64,000 bases of DNA, taken from assembly GCA_033763455.1 (NCBI GenBank), contig JANRKO010000006.1, forward strand, positions 448,001-512,000, read 5' to 3'. Below the pieces are notes generated by a model. The model was not told the origin of the DNA, made no database searches, and saw nothing but the letters and a program-made list of their open reading frames with translations. This document shows, one piece after another, positions 10,212 to 18,983 of the stretch; position 1 is the first letter of the stretch; each line of letters begins with the position of its first letter. Origin of the DNA: Polyangiaceae bacterium. GTDB taxonomy: Bacteria; Myxococcota_A; Polyangia; Polyangiales; Polyangiaceae. The translations under genes were made by a program, and so were the position numbers.

Positions 10212-10765
10212 AGCGTTTTGATCCAAGTTCGGCCGTCTTAGTGATTATCGACATTCAGGAGCGTTTGGCTCCCGCTATGCCGGAAGAACGCATGGTCGCC
10301 GTGAAGCGTTCAGCCGAGATATTGCTTCAGGCTGCGCGTCTCTGGGAGATGCCAGTGCTTCTTACCGAGCAATACCCGCAAGGTTTGGGCCCCACCATCG
10401 CAAGCATCAGCGATAGCCTGTTGGAACAGTCAGTTCACCGTTTTGAGAAGGTGGAGTTTAGTGCGTGTGACGCATTCGGTTTCGACGAGAATCTGAAGTC
10501 GCTTGGTAAGGATTGGACGATCGTTATTGGCATGGAGACGCACGTTTGCATCTTCCAAACGGTGCGTGACCTTTGTGAGCGAGGTCATTCGGTTCTTCTG
10601 CCGGTGGATGGTGTGGTCTCTCGCAGGGAGGATCATCGGGAATTAGGGCTCAAGCTTTGCCAAGCCGAGGGTGCCCGTCTCACAACGACCGAAACCCTCG
10701 TGTTCGATGGCTTGCGTCGCGCCGGCACCCCAGAGTTCCGCGCTCTTTCGAAGTTCATTCGCTAG
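10208..10765 (+). CDS. Isochorismatase family (YcaC-like) hydrolase
   Basis: IDIQERL, TEQYPQGLGPT, EKVEFSA, GMETHVCIFQT. Confidence 0.92.
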   Translation: MKRFDPSSAVLVIIDIQERLAPAMPEERMVAVKRSAEILLQAARLWEMPVLLTEQYPQGLGPTIASISDSLLEQSVHRFEKVEFSACDAFGFDENLKSLGKDWTIVIGMETHVCIFQTVRDLCERGHSVLLPVDGVVSRREDHRELGLKLCQAEGARLTTTETLVFDGLRRAGTPEFRALSKFIR

Positions 10766-10870
10766 CGGCTAAGTTCTCCGCGGGGGTTATTGCAGAAGCA
10801 GCCCGCGAAGGAGGCAGGGTTGTGGAGTATTAGTAGCAATTTCAGATGTTTGTCATGGATCCTCCGAGGC

Positions 10871-10938
10871 TGCCAGTCTGTCTGTCAAATTGACATCATG
10901 GCATATCCTTTGACATATCGCGCATGGTCAGCCATCTT
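10871..10938 (+). promoter_or_regulatory. Putative sigma70 promoter (TTGACA-17-CATCTT) preceded by clustered TGYCA-N3-TGWCA operator-like motifs
   Basis: TTGACA 10910-10915 and CATCTT 10933-10938. Motifs: TGCCAgtcTGTCT 10871-10883, TGTCAaatTGACA 10883-10895, TGACAtcaTGGCA 10891-10903. Confidence 0.55.
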
Positions 10939-12357
10939 GGCGGGATGGACGACAGTGTGACGAACGCGGAGAGCAGCCCCGAAAAAGGCGTTCCGGGCCA
11001 GGGCCCGAGCCCACTCAAGGAAGTAACGCTCCTTGTTGTGGATGACGAGGCGAGCAACTTACTTTCTCTTGAGAAGATTTTTCAGCGCGAGAGCATGCGT
11101 GTGTTCACCGCTGAGAATGCCAAAGTAGCGCTCGAGATCCTGCGGCGTCACCGCATCCAGGTAGTGCTTACAGATCTCATGATGCCTGGCGTGAATGGTG
11201 TCGAGTTGTTGCGCGGAGTGAAGGAAATTTCTCCGGACACTGAGGTTGTGCTGATGACGGCCTACGGAAACGTGGAAACGGCCGTGCAAGCGATGCGGCT
11301 CGGGGCATTTGACTTCGTTGAGAAGCCACTCAAGCGCATGACGATCGTCAAAAGCATTCGTATGGCGGCGGAACGCCAGTCGCTCGTGAGCGAGAACCGT
11401 TCGCTGAGAAGAGAGTTGGAGCTGCTCACAACGCGTGAGATCATTGGCCAAAGCGGGGCGTTGCGGCACGTGCTCGATGTGGCCACTCAAGCCGCGCCGT
11501 CGAGCGCAACGGTGCTGGTGCTTGGCGAAAGCGGTACAGGCAAAGAGCTCATCGCTCGTTATGTGCACGGCAAGAGTGGCCGAGCTTCGGGGCCGTTTGT
11601 CGCGGTCAATTGCGCAGCCATTCCAGAGAGCATCCTTGAGGCAGAGCTGTTTGGTCACGAACGTGGTGCGTTCACCGGCGCCGTAGCCAGACGGGATGGG
11701 CGCTTTGCCAAGGCCAAAGGTGGCACGCTTTTCCTGGACGAAATAGGCGAGCTTAGCCCAGCCGTCCAAGTGAAGATCCTGCGGGTGCTTCAGGAAGGCG
11801 AATACGAACCTGTAGGGGGGAACTCGACGAAAGCCGATGTTCGAATCATCGCCGCAACTAACCGGGACTTGGATGCCGAGGTGGAGGCGGGAAGGTTCCG
11901 AGAGGATTTGTTTTATCGACTCAATGTGATCGCGGTTACAGCTCCTCCTCTGCGAACTCGCCGTGAAGACATACCGCTGCTAGTGGATCATTTCTTGGGC
12001 GTGTATTGTCGCAAGAACCACCGTAGTCGCTTGATCGTGGAGCCGGAGGTGATGGCAAAGCTTTTGGACTATGCCTGGCCCGGTAACGTTCGCGAACTTG
12101 AAAATATCGTGGAACGGGCGGCGGTGCTTTGCCGAGGGGAGGTTTGGGCTTTAGCTGATCTGCCTCAGTCGGTAGCGCGAGCCGTCGATCACCGATCGTC
12201 TGCGCTTACCTTTGAACTCGGAACGCCCCTTGCCGAAGTTGAGGAAAGACTGATTCGGGAGACCCTGCGTTCCACCAATGGCGACAAGTCGTTGGCGGCG
12301 CAGCTGCTCGGGATCTCGACGCGAACGATCTATCGCAAGCTGGATGAGGCCCCATGA
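10924..12357 (+). CDS. Sigma54-dependent enhancer-binding response regulator (REC-AAA+-Fis HTH, NtrC/AtoC family)
   Basis: VVDDE and LTDLMMPG receiver; GESGTGKE; ELFGHERGAFTGA; LFLDEIG; WPGNVREL; C-terminal HTH. Start may be ATG 10945. Confidence 0.96.
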   Translation: MVSHLGGMDDSVTNAESSPEKGVPGQGPSPLKEVTLLVVDDEASNLLSLEKIFQRESMRVFTAENAKVALEILRRHRIQVVLTDLMMPGVNGVELLRGVKEISPDTEVVLMTAYGNVETAVQAMRLGAFDFVEKPLKRMTIVKSIRMAAERQSLVSENRSLRRELELLTTREIIGQSGALRHVLDVATQAAPSSATVLVLGESGTGKELIARYVHGKSGRASGPFVAVNCAAIPESILEAELFGHERGAFTGAVARRDGRFAKAKGGTLFLDEIGELSPAVQVKILRVLQEGEYEPVGGNSTKADVRIIAATNRDLDAEVEAGRFREDLFYRLNVIAVTAPPLRTRREDIPLLVDHFLGVYCRKNHRSRLIVEPEVMAKLLDYAWPGNVRELENIVERAAVLCRGEVWALADLPQSVARAVDHRSSALTFELGTPLAEVEERLIRETLRSTNGDKSLAAQLLGISTRTIYRKLDEAP

Positions 12358-12382
12358 ATCACGGGCTTTCGTCGCGCCTACC

Positions 12383-12406
12383 GGCGCGCCCGAAGGCGCC
12401 TTTTTT
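12383..12406 (+). terminator. Possible rho-independent terminator after the regulator
   Basis: GGCGC-loop-GCGCC followed by T6; the stem is short. Confidence 0.45.
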
Positions 12407-12458
12407 GCCAATCTGTCAGTTGGGGCTGGTGTGGCCTTGGATTGTTGCCAGGTTGACG
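12406..12458 (+). promoter_or_regulatory. Putative upstream activator sites for the sigma54 EBP
   Basis: TGCCAatcTGTCA 12406-12418 and TGCCAggtTGACG 12446-12458, 40 bp apart and upstream of the -24/-12 element. Confidence 0.55.
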
Positions 12459-12520
12459 AACGGTGCTCGTGAGAACCTGGCATAAAGCCCGGAAAATAAT
12501 GGGATTTTGAGGCTAGACCG

Positions 12521-12537
12521 TTGGCACAACTCTCGCT
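12521..12537 (+). promoter_or_regulatory. Sigma54 (-24/-12) promoter of the gsp operon
   Basis: TTGGCACAACTCTCGCT: TGGCAC with exact GG-N10-GC spacing, about 20 nt before the gspC start. Confidence 0.75.
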
Positions 12538-12558
12538 ATCCACTCGCTCAGGTAAATC

Positions 12559-13542
12559 GTGGCCATCGACGCACTTCTTCGGAAATACTTCACTTTGGTA
12601 GTGCTCGGCTTGATAGCCACCGTTGCCTACCTCCAGGGCTCAGGGGTAGCCCAGCTCGTCAGTGTGGCTCTTATTGGCAAAGACGACGCACCTTTGCCGA
12701 AGGTTGCCCCAAGCTCAACGGCAACATCCGCTAGGCCGCCGCGTTCCAGCGCTCAGCCGCTTTTGGACCGCAATCCCTTCGATTCAGTCACCGGCCCGCT
12801 GAAGCCCAAGCCGGTTGAGCCTGTATCGCCCGTACCGCTCACGCCAGTCGTTACCGATCCGTTGAGCGCTCCCCCGTGTGAGGGCGTTCAGGTGCTGATC
12901 GTCACGGAGTCGCCGGATCCACTGTGGTCGCTCGTACTTCTGCAGGTCGGCGGAGAGACGAAGCTTTTCCGTGTGGGCGATTCGGCGGGCGATAGAAAAG
13001 TTGCGTTCATTGGCTATAACCCTCTGCAAGGCAGCCCTTCGGTGTGGTTCGAATCGGCCGGTACGGTGTGCCAGGTGATGTTGTTTGGCACTCCTCCCGG
13101 TGCTCCAGTTGCCGCCGCCGCTCCAGCGCCTGCGTCTGCTGCGACGCCGCAACCACCTCCAGGTACCGGGCAGGCGCCTGAAGTGCCGCCAGACATTGCC
13201 GCCAAGATCAAACGCATCAGCGACAGTGAATACAACGTGGATCGTTCAGTCGTGGATAAGATCCTCGAAAATCAAGCTGAGCTCATGAAATCTGCGCGCA
13301 TTGTTCCCGAGCAAAGGGACGGAAAAATGGTGGGGATTCGTCTGTTCGGCATTCGGCCAACGGCACTTCTCGGTGTGCTCGGCCTGCAGAACGGGGACCG
13401 TCTAGAACAAATCAATGGCTTTGATATGGCGAGCCCCGAAAAGGCGCTCGAAGCGTATGCCCGCCTGCGCACGGCCAACAATCTCACAGTCAAAGTCACT
13501 CGTCGGGGCCAGCCCTTAAACATCGACTACCGAATCAAGTAA
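12559..13542 (+). CDS. gspC: Type II secretion protein C (TM, HR domain, PDZ)
   Basis: N-terminal TM, RNPFDS, PDZ (GIRLFGIRP..LGLQNGD..INGFDM); first gene of the operon. Confidence 0.9.
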   Translation: MAIDALLRKYFTLVVLGLIATVAYLQGSGVAQLVSVALIGKDDAPLPKVAPSSTATSARPPRSSAQPLLDRNPFDSVTGPLKPKPVEPVSPVPLTPVVTDPLSAPPCEGVQVLIVTESPDPLWSLVLLQVGGETKLFRVGDSAGDRKVAFIGYNPLQGSPSVWFESAGTVCQVMLFGTPPGAPVAAAAPAPASAATPQPPPGTGQAPEVPPDIAAKIKRISDSEYNVDRSVVDKILENQAELMKSARIVPEQRDGKMVGIRLFGIRPTALLGVLGLQNGDRLEQINGFDMASPEKALEAYARLRTANNLTVKVTRRGQPLNIDYRIK

Positions 13543-13544
13543 CC

Positions 13545-15974
13545 ATGTTAAAAAAGCACTTAACTGTATTGAGTTTGGTTGGGCTTCCGAGCTTCCTGTT
13601 CGCTGCCTCAAGCGCCGCACAGCCTCAAGATCCTCCCGGCACGGCCGTGCCTCCTCCCGCCACCATGGATAAGATCGCCAAGGCGGTAGATGTGCCTTAT
13701 CGTCCAAAGCCGGGTGGGCAGTTGGTGAAGTTCAACTTGGAGGAGGCCGATCTTTCTGAGCTTGTAAAGTACATCAGCGTGCTCACGGGGCGTCGATTTA
13801 TAGTTAATCCGAAGTTGCGCACCATCAAAGCAACGGTTTCGTCGCCTTCGCCCGTCACCCTTGAAGAGGCTTACCAGGTATTTCTCTCGATCCTTGATAT
13901 TAATGGCATGACGGTGGTTCCCCAAGGCCGCTTCCTCAAGATTGTGGATAGCGGCGGCATCACTACGCAGGGAACACCAGTAATCGCGCGCGGTGCGCCA
14001 GTTCCAGCAACGGATAGCTATGTCACGCGGCTGTACCGCCTGGCTCATATCTCGCCGGATGAGGCTGTAAAGGTCCTCACGAAGTTCAAGAGCAAGGAGG
14101 GGGATCTTTCCACCTACACTCCGGGCAACCTTCTGATCATCACGGATACCGGCACCCAAATCGCGCGCTTGGTGCGCATTCTGGAGGAGGTGGACATCGG
14201 CGGGGCCGGCCAGCAGATGTGGATCCAGCCTGTAAACGGGGATGCGGATGACATTGCCAAACGCGTGACTGAATTGTTCAACGTTGGCAAAGATCCTAAT
14301 GCCGCGGGGGGCCTCACCAAGGTAGTTGCCGACGGGAAATCCAATTCCCTCATCGTGATGGGAAGCCAAGAGAGCTACCTCAGGCTGCTGGAGCTTCTGA
14401 AGCGCCTGGATGATAAACCCGCAGCCTCGGGCAAAGTGCGAGTAGTTCCCGTGCAACACGCGGTGGCGCAGGAGTTGGCCACGACGTTGACGGCCATGTT
14501 GGCGGCCACCGGCAAAGACGCAGCTGCAGATGCCGGTGGGATGTTCGAAGGTGCCGTGAAGGTAACCGCTGATGTTCCGACAAATTCGTTGATTGTCACG
14601 TCTTCCTCGCGTGACTACGCCACTTTGCGCTTGGTGCTTGATCAGCTGGATCGCGAGCGGCGTCAGGTTTACATCGAAGCTGTGATCATGGACCTTTCGG
14701 TTTCGGATTCGTCCGAATTAGGTCTCTCTTTCCACGGAGGGAAGCAGTTTGGAACGGGCAGCGCGGTCGGCCAAAGCCTGTTGCTGGGTGGGTTTCAGGC
14801 GGGGAAATCCGCTGCATTCCCTGTTGACGCAACCTCGCTTTCGGGTTTTGCCGCTGGCCTCAGGGGGCCAGAAATTCCGGGGACGAAGGCTCTGCTCGGT
14901 CGAAGCATCCCGGCGTTTGGCGTGGTTCTAAACGCGCTGGCTTCTAGCGGAAAGTCAAACATATTAGCAACTCCACACATCATTGCGACCGACAACGTCC
15001 AGGCAGAAATCAACATTGGCGAGAACGTCCCCTTGCAGACCAACGTCGGCGGTTCAGCACTTGCTGCCGCGGCCGGAGCTGCCGGCGCGCAGAACGCCGC
15101 ATTGCTGGGTGCCCTTAGCGGTGGTAGCGGTTTCAGCGCCCCTCGCCAGGACGTCGGCAACAAGATCCGCATTACGCCGCACATCAACGAGTCGAATCAA
15201 GTACGCCTTGAAATCGATCAAGAGAGTAGCGCAGCCGGTGCGGCCTCGGGCAGCCTGGGCGCGGTCACGATCACCAAACGCACGGCGCAAACTACCCTCG
15301 TGGTGGCCGATCAGCAAACGGTGGTGATTGGTGGTCTGACTCGGGACGAGGAGTCGACATCCCGTGAAAAAGTTCCGGTGTTAGGGGACATCCCAGTGCT
15401 TGGCGCCCTCTTTCGCCGTTCAACGACGCGCAAGAGCAAGGCCAATTTGCTCCTCATTCTTACGCCGTACGTGATTCGCTCGCAGGACGATCTGCGCAAA
15501 ATCTTTGAGCGAAAGATGCAAGAACGTCAGGAATTTCTGGATCGCAATTTCGTTTTCTCGGGTGAAGATTGGAAGGCTCCCCGGGATTATTCGCGCAGTA
15601 ACGGTGCCGTCGAAGACATACGGCAAGCCACGTTTGAGCTCAAAGAGCAGGCGCGCCTAGAGGAGGAGAGTCGGCCTGGCGAGTCCCAGAAACACCTGCC
15701 GTTGGCGCCCATCGAGCTTCCACCAGCGGAAGGCGCTGATAGTGTGAACCCAGCGACGGTGGGTGCCCCCGCCGAGCAGGCTCCGCCAGCACAGGCTACC
15801 CCGGTGCCGACACCACCACCACCACCGCCACCACCGCCGGCGCGTCCTCAGGGGGAAGGTGGTGGGTTGCCCGAGGGCGATTCGAAGCAAGCCAGCCAAA
15901 AACGTCCGACTGAGTCAGGCACGGCACCACTTCGCATCGTGCGTATGGCACGCAGCGTGGAAGCGGGAGAGTAA
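13545..15974 (+). CDS. gspD: Type II secretion secretin D
   Basis: Signal peptide, N0 (FNLEEADL), N-repeats, QVYIEAVI, ILATPHI, KVPVLGDIPVLGALFR, LLILTPYVI; Pro-rich C-tail. Confidence 0.96.
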   Translation: MLKKHLTVLSLVGLPSFLFAASSAAQPQDPPGTAVPPPATMDKIAKAVDVPYRPKPGGQLVKFNLEEADLSELVKYISVLTGRRFIVNPKLRTIKATVSSPSPVTLEEAYQVFLSILDINGMTVVPQGRFLKIVDSGGITTQGTPVIARGAPVPATDSYVTRLYRLAHISPDEAVKVLTKFKSKEGDLSTYTPGNLLIITDTGTQIARLVRILEEVDIGGAGQQMWIQPVNGDADDIAKRVTELFNVGKDPNAAGGLTKVVADGKSNSLIVMGSQESYLRLLELLKRLDDKPAASGKVRVVPVQHAVAQELATTLTAMLAATGKDAAADAGGMFEGAVKVTADVPTNSLIVTSSSRDYATLRLVLDQLDRERRQVYIEAVIMDLSVSDSSELGLSFHGGKQFGTGSAVGQSLLLGGFQAGKSAAFPVDATSLSGFAAGLRGPEIPGTKALLGRSIPAFGVVLNALASSGKSNILATPHIIATDNVQAEINIGENVPLQTNVGGSALAAAAGAAGAQNAALLGALSGGSGFSAPRQDVGNKIRITPHINESNQVRLEIDQESSAAGAASGSLGAVTITKRTAQTTLVVADQQTVVIGGLTRDEESTSREKVPVLGDIPVLGALFRRSTTRKSKANLLLILTPYVIRSQDDLRKIFERKMQERQEFLDRNFVFSGEDWKAPRDYSRSNGAVEDIRQATFELKEQARLEEESRPGESQKHLPLAPIELPPAEGADSVNPATVGAPAEQAPPAQATPVPTPPPPPPPPPARPQGEGGGLPEGDSKQASQKRPTESGTAPLRIVRMARSVEAGE

Positions 15975-15975
15975 C

Positions 15976-17748
15976 ATGCAAGAGCAGCGCGTTCTCGGCG
16001 AGATCCTGGTTCGGCACGGCGTGCTTAGCGCCGAGGCCTTGGAGCCACTCTACGCGCAACAGGTCGAGAAAAACGCGCTGCTTTTAGATCTCATCGCGCA
16101 AAATCAGCCGACTTTCGGGCACCCAATAGCAGCGGCGCTGGCCGAAGAGTGTGGCCTACCGTTCCTGGAGAAGATCGACGCAGACCAAGTTCAGGTTCAC
16201 GTGGCTGCCAAGCTGCCGATTGCTTACGCCAAGGCACATCGCGTGCTCGTGCTCGACGAGTTGCCGGACAAGGTCCTCGTGGTCTGTGCGGATCCGCTCG
16301 ACGTAGCGGGGCTCGACGACGTTCGCGTTACATTTGGCAAGCCTCTCTCCGTGCATGTGGCACCACCTGCTGTGGTTACGGACGCCATCAATCGTGTCTA
16401 CGAGCGCCAAGACACGATGAGCGAGCTCGAAAGCGACGATGGACTGGCGGACGATGACCAGACCGATATCTTGGATTCGGACGACGACGCTCCGATCATT
16501 CGTTGGGTGAATGCGCTTTTTTCGCAGGCCGTAAAAGAACGAGCGAGCGACATTCACATCGAGCCCGAGGAAAAGGAAGTCCTGGTTCGTTACAGAATTG
16601 ATGGCCAGCTTTACGTAGCCAAGCGTGCAAGCCGGCAGTTTATGAGTGCCGTGCTTGCACGTGTGAAGATCATGGCTGGCCTCAACATCGCCGAAAAACG
16701 CCTGCCACAAGATGGGCGCATTTCGCTGAAAATCGCCGGCCGCAGCATTGATGTTCGTGTTTCCACCATCCCCACAAGTCGCGATCACGAGCGCATCGTG
16801 ATGCGCCTTTTGCACAAGACGAACATCCTCTTGAGCTTGAGCGAACTCGGATTCGCCGAGCGGGATTACCTCTTGATGGATGAGCTGGTGCACAAGCCGA
16901 ACGGCATCATCTTGGTCACGGGGCCCACGGGTAGCGGTAAGACCACCACGCTGTACGCCTGCCTCAACAAGATCAACAATCCGAAGATTAACATTCTGAC
17001 GGCCGAAGATCCGGTGGAATATGAAATTGGTGGCATCCATCAGGTGCCAGTGCAGCCAAAGATCGGGCTCACCTTTGCCAATGCTTTGCGGTCTTTCTTG
17101 CGGCAAGATCCGGACGTCATCATGGTCGGCGAAATCCGCGACAAGGAGACCGCCGAAATTGCTATTCACGCGAGCATGACCGGCCACTTGGTGCTTTCCA
17201 CCATCCATACTAACGACGCGGCAGGTGCGGTAACGCGCCTAGTGGAAATGGATATTGAGCCTTTCTTGGTGCGCTCGACGGTGGCTGGAATTCTGGCGCA
17301 ACGCCTGGTGCGCCTACTGTGCCAGCATTGCAAGGAGCCGTATTCCGCGTCCGCGTTTGAGCTCAAGCAGCTCGGCATCGATCCGGAGCGAACGCGTATC
17401 CGCGATGCTCGAAAAGTGTCTTCTCGCTACACAGTGCACGGAGTTACCTATGATCCAGTAGGGTGGCGAGAAGCTTCACCGCCTACCTTCTATCGCCCGC
17501 GCGGTTGTGACCGTTGCGATCAGAAAGGTTTTTCAGGGCGCTTGGGCATCTACGAGCTTCTGATGGTAGATGAGGCCGTCGGTACGCTCATCTTGGCGAG
17601 CGCGGATGCTCAGGCGATCAAGCGTGCGGCGCAACAGCAAGGGATGGATTCGTTGCGCGACGATGGGGCGCGTAAGGTACTGCTCGGGCTCACGAGTGTT
17701 GAGGAAGTTGTGGCCGCTACTCAGGAGGACGTCGTCGTTGACGAGTAG
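15976..17748 (+). CDS. gspE: Type II secretion ATPase E
   Basis: ATG 15976 (MQEQRVLGEIL); ASDIHIEP, LPQDGR, GPTGSGKTT, LRQDPDVIMVGEIRD, TGHLVLSTIHTN, two CxxC motifs. Confidence 0.97.
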   Translation: MQEQRVLGEILVRHGVLSAEALEPLYAQQVEKNALLLDLIAQNQPTFGHPIAAALAEECGLPFLEKIDADQVQVHVAAKLPIAYAKAHRVLVLDELPDKVLVVCADPLDVAGLDDVRVTFGKPLSVHVAPPAVVTDAINRVYERQDTMSELESDDGLADDDQTDILDSDDDAPIIRWVNALFSQAVKERASDIHIEPEEKEVLVRYRIDGQLYVAKRASRQFMSAVLARVKIMAGLNIAEKRLPQDGRISLKIAGRSIDVRVSTIPTSRDHERIVMRLLHKTNILLSLSELGFAERDYLLMDELVHKPNGIILVTGPTGSGKTTTLYACLNKINNPKINILTAEDPVEYEIGGIHQVPVQPKIGLTFANALRSFLRQDPDVIMVGEIRDKETAEIAIHASMTGHLVLSTIHTNDAAGAVTRLVEMDIEPFLVRSTVAGILAQRLVRLLCQHCKEPYSASAFELKQLGIDPERTRIRDARKVSSRYTVHGVTYDPVGWREASPPTFYRPRGCDRCDQKGFSGRLGIYELLMVDEAVGTLILASADAQAIKRAAQQQGMDSLRDDGARKVLLGLTSVEEVVAATQEDVVVDE

Positions 17749-17756
17749 GGTCTAAG

Positions 17757-18983
17757 ATGGCGGTCTTCGAATTCAAGGGCATATATGCCGATTCCGGAAA
17801 GCCCGCAAAGGGTTACCGGGATGCAGATAACCCCAAGGCGCTTCGCGGGATCTTACGCCGCGACGGCATCTTGCTAACTTCCGCATCCGAGGGTAGCCAA
17901 AAATCTGCGACACAGAAGCGGCAGGTGGACCTTCTCGCACCCTTTCGGCGTGTGCGGGTGGCAGAGCTTGCCGTGCTTACCCGTCAACTCGCAACTCTGG
18001 TGCGCGCTGGTATCCCCCTCGTTGAGTCGATTGGCGCACTGACCGAGCAGGTAGAAAAAGAAATGCTCGTAAAGGTTCTCACTCAGGTGCGTGAGAACCT
18101 GAACGAAGGTACGAGTTTCTCGAAGAGCCTTGAGGCTCATCCGAAGGTGTTTCCGCCGCTCTATATTAACATGGTTGCGGCGGGTGAGGCCTCGGGCACT
18201 CTCGAGGTAGTGCTGGAGCGCCTGGCAGATTTCATGGAGAATCAGTCGGAGCTGCAGGGTAAGGTTTCTTCTGCCTTGGTCTATCCTGCGGCCATGGGGG
18301 TCTTCGGTACGCTCATCGTCGGAATGTTGATGATGTTCGTTGTGCCGAAGGTCACGGCAATTTTCGATAGCCTGGGGCAGGCGCTGCCTTGGTACACCTC
18401 TCTCCTCATCCTCACCTCTAACCTCGTGTCGGGGTACTGGTGGTTGTTGTTGCTGCTGGGTGGCGGCGGCTATTACTGGTTTCGGCGCTGGAAAACCACT
18501 CCCGCGGGTCGTCTCAAATGGGACACGTTTTTGCTCGTGGCTCCGATCTTTGGAAAGCTCAACTTGCTGGTGGGCGTAGCCCGCTTTTCGCGCACACTAG
18601 CGACACTATTGCAGAGCGGCGTTCCCTTGCTGCGGGCCATGGAAATCGGTCGCAACGTGTTGGGTAATACGCGGCTTGAAAGTGTCATCGCGGAGGCTAC
18701 CGCCTCTATTCGCGAGGGTGAGAGCATCGCCGAGCCGCTGCGGCGTAGCAAATGGTTCCCGCCCATGGTGGTGCACATGATTGCGGTGGGGGAAAAGAGC
18801 GGTCAGCTTGAGCAAATGCTCGAGAACGTGAGTCGCGCGTACGAGGTGGACGTAAAGACCAAAGTTGCCACGCTCACCAGCTTGCTCGAACCGATAATGA
18901 TCATGGTTATGGGCGGTATTGTAGGGTTCATCGCCATGGCCATCTTGATGCCGCTCGTGCAGATGAATGACTTGGTGCAATGA
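17757..18983 (+). CDS. gspF: Type II secretion inner-membrane platform protein F
   Basis: TRQLATLVRAGIPL, AGEASG, YP, VGEKSG, LLEP; three TM segments. Confidence 0.96.
   Translation: MAVFEFKGIYADSGKPAKGYRDADNPKALRGILRRDGILLTSASEGSQKSATQKRQVDLLAPFRRVRVAELAVLTRQLATLVRAGIPLVESIGALTEQVEKEMLVKVLTQVRENLNEGTSFSKSLEAHPKVFPPLYINMVAAGEASGTLEVVLERLADFMENQSELQGKVSSALVYPAAMGVFGTLIVGMLMMFVVPKVTAIFDSLGQALPWYTSLLILTSNLVSGYWWLLLLLGGGGYYWFRRWKTTPAGRLKWDTFLLVAPIFGKLNLLVGVARFSRTLATLLQSGVPLLRAMEIGRNVLGNTRLESVIAEATASIREGESIAEPLRRSKWFPPMVVHMIAVGEKSGQLEQMLENVSRAYEVDVKTKVATLTSLLEPIMIMVMGGIVGFIAMAILMPLVQMNDLVQ

Noticed and set aside
12478..12493. Second sigma54-like site TGGCATAAAGCCCGGA
   Set aside because: The -12 position is GG, not GC.
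15763..15975. His/Arg-rich N-terminal extension of the 661-aa GspE ORF
   Set aside because: Alternate-frame reading of the gspD poly-Pro tail; ATG 15976 with an RBS is the plausible start.
16156..17208. Long antisense ORFs (e.g. 16156-17208, 13608-14459, 41536-42570, 60651-61538)
   Set aside because: Typical stop-poor shadows of GC-rich genes with no protein motifs.
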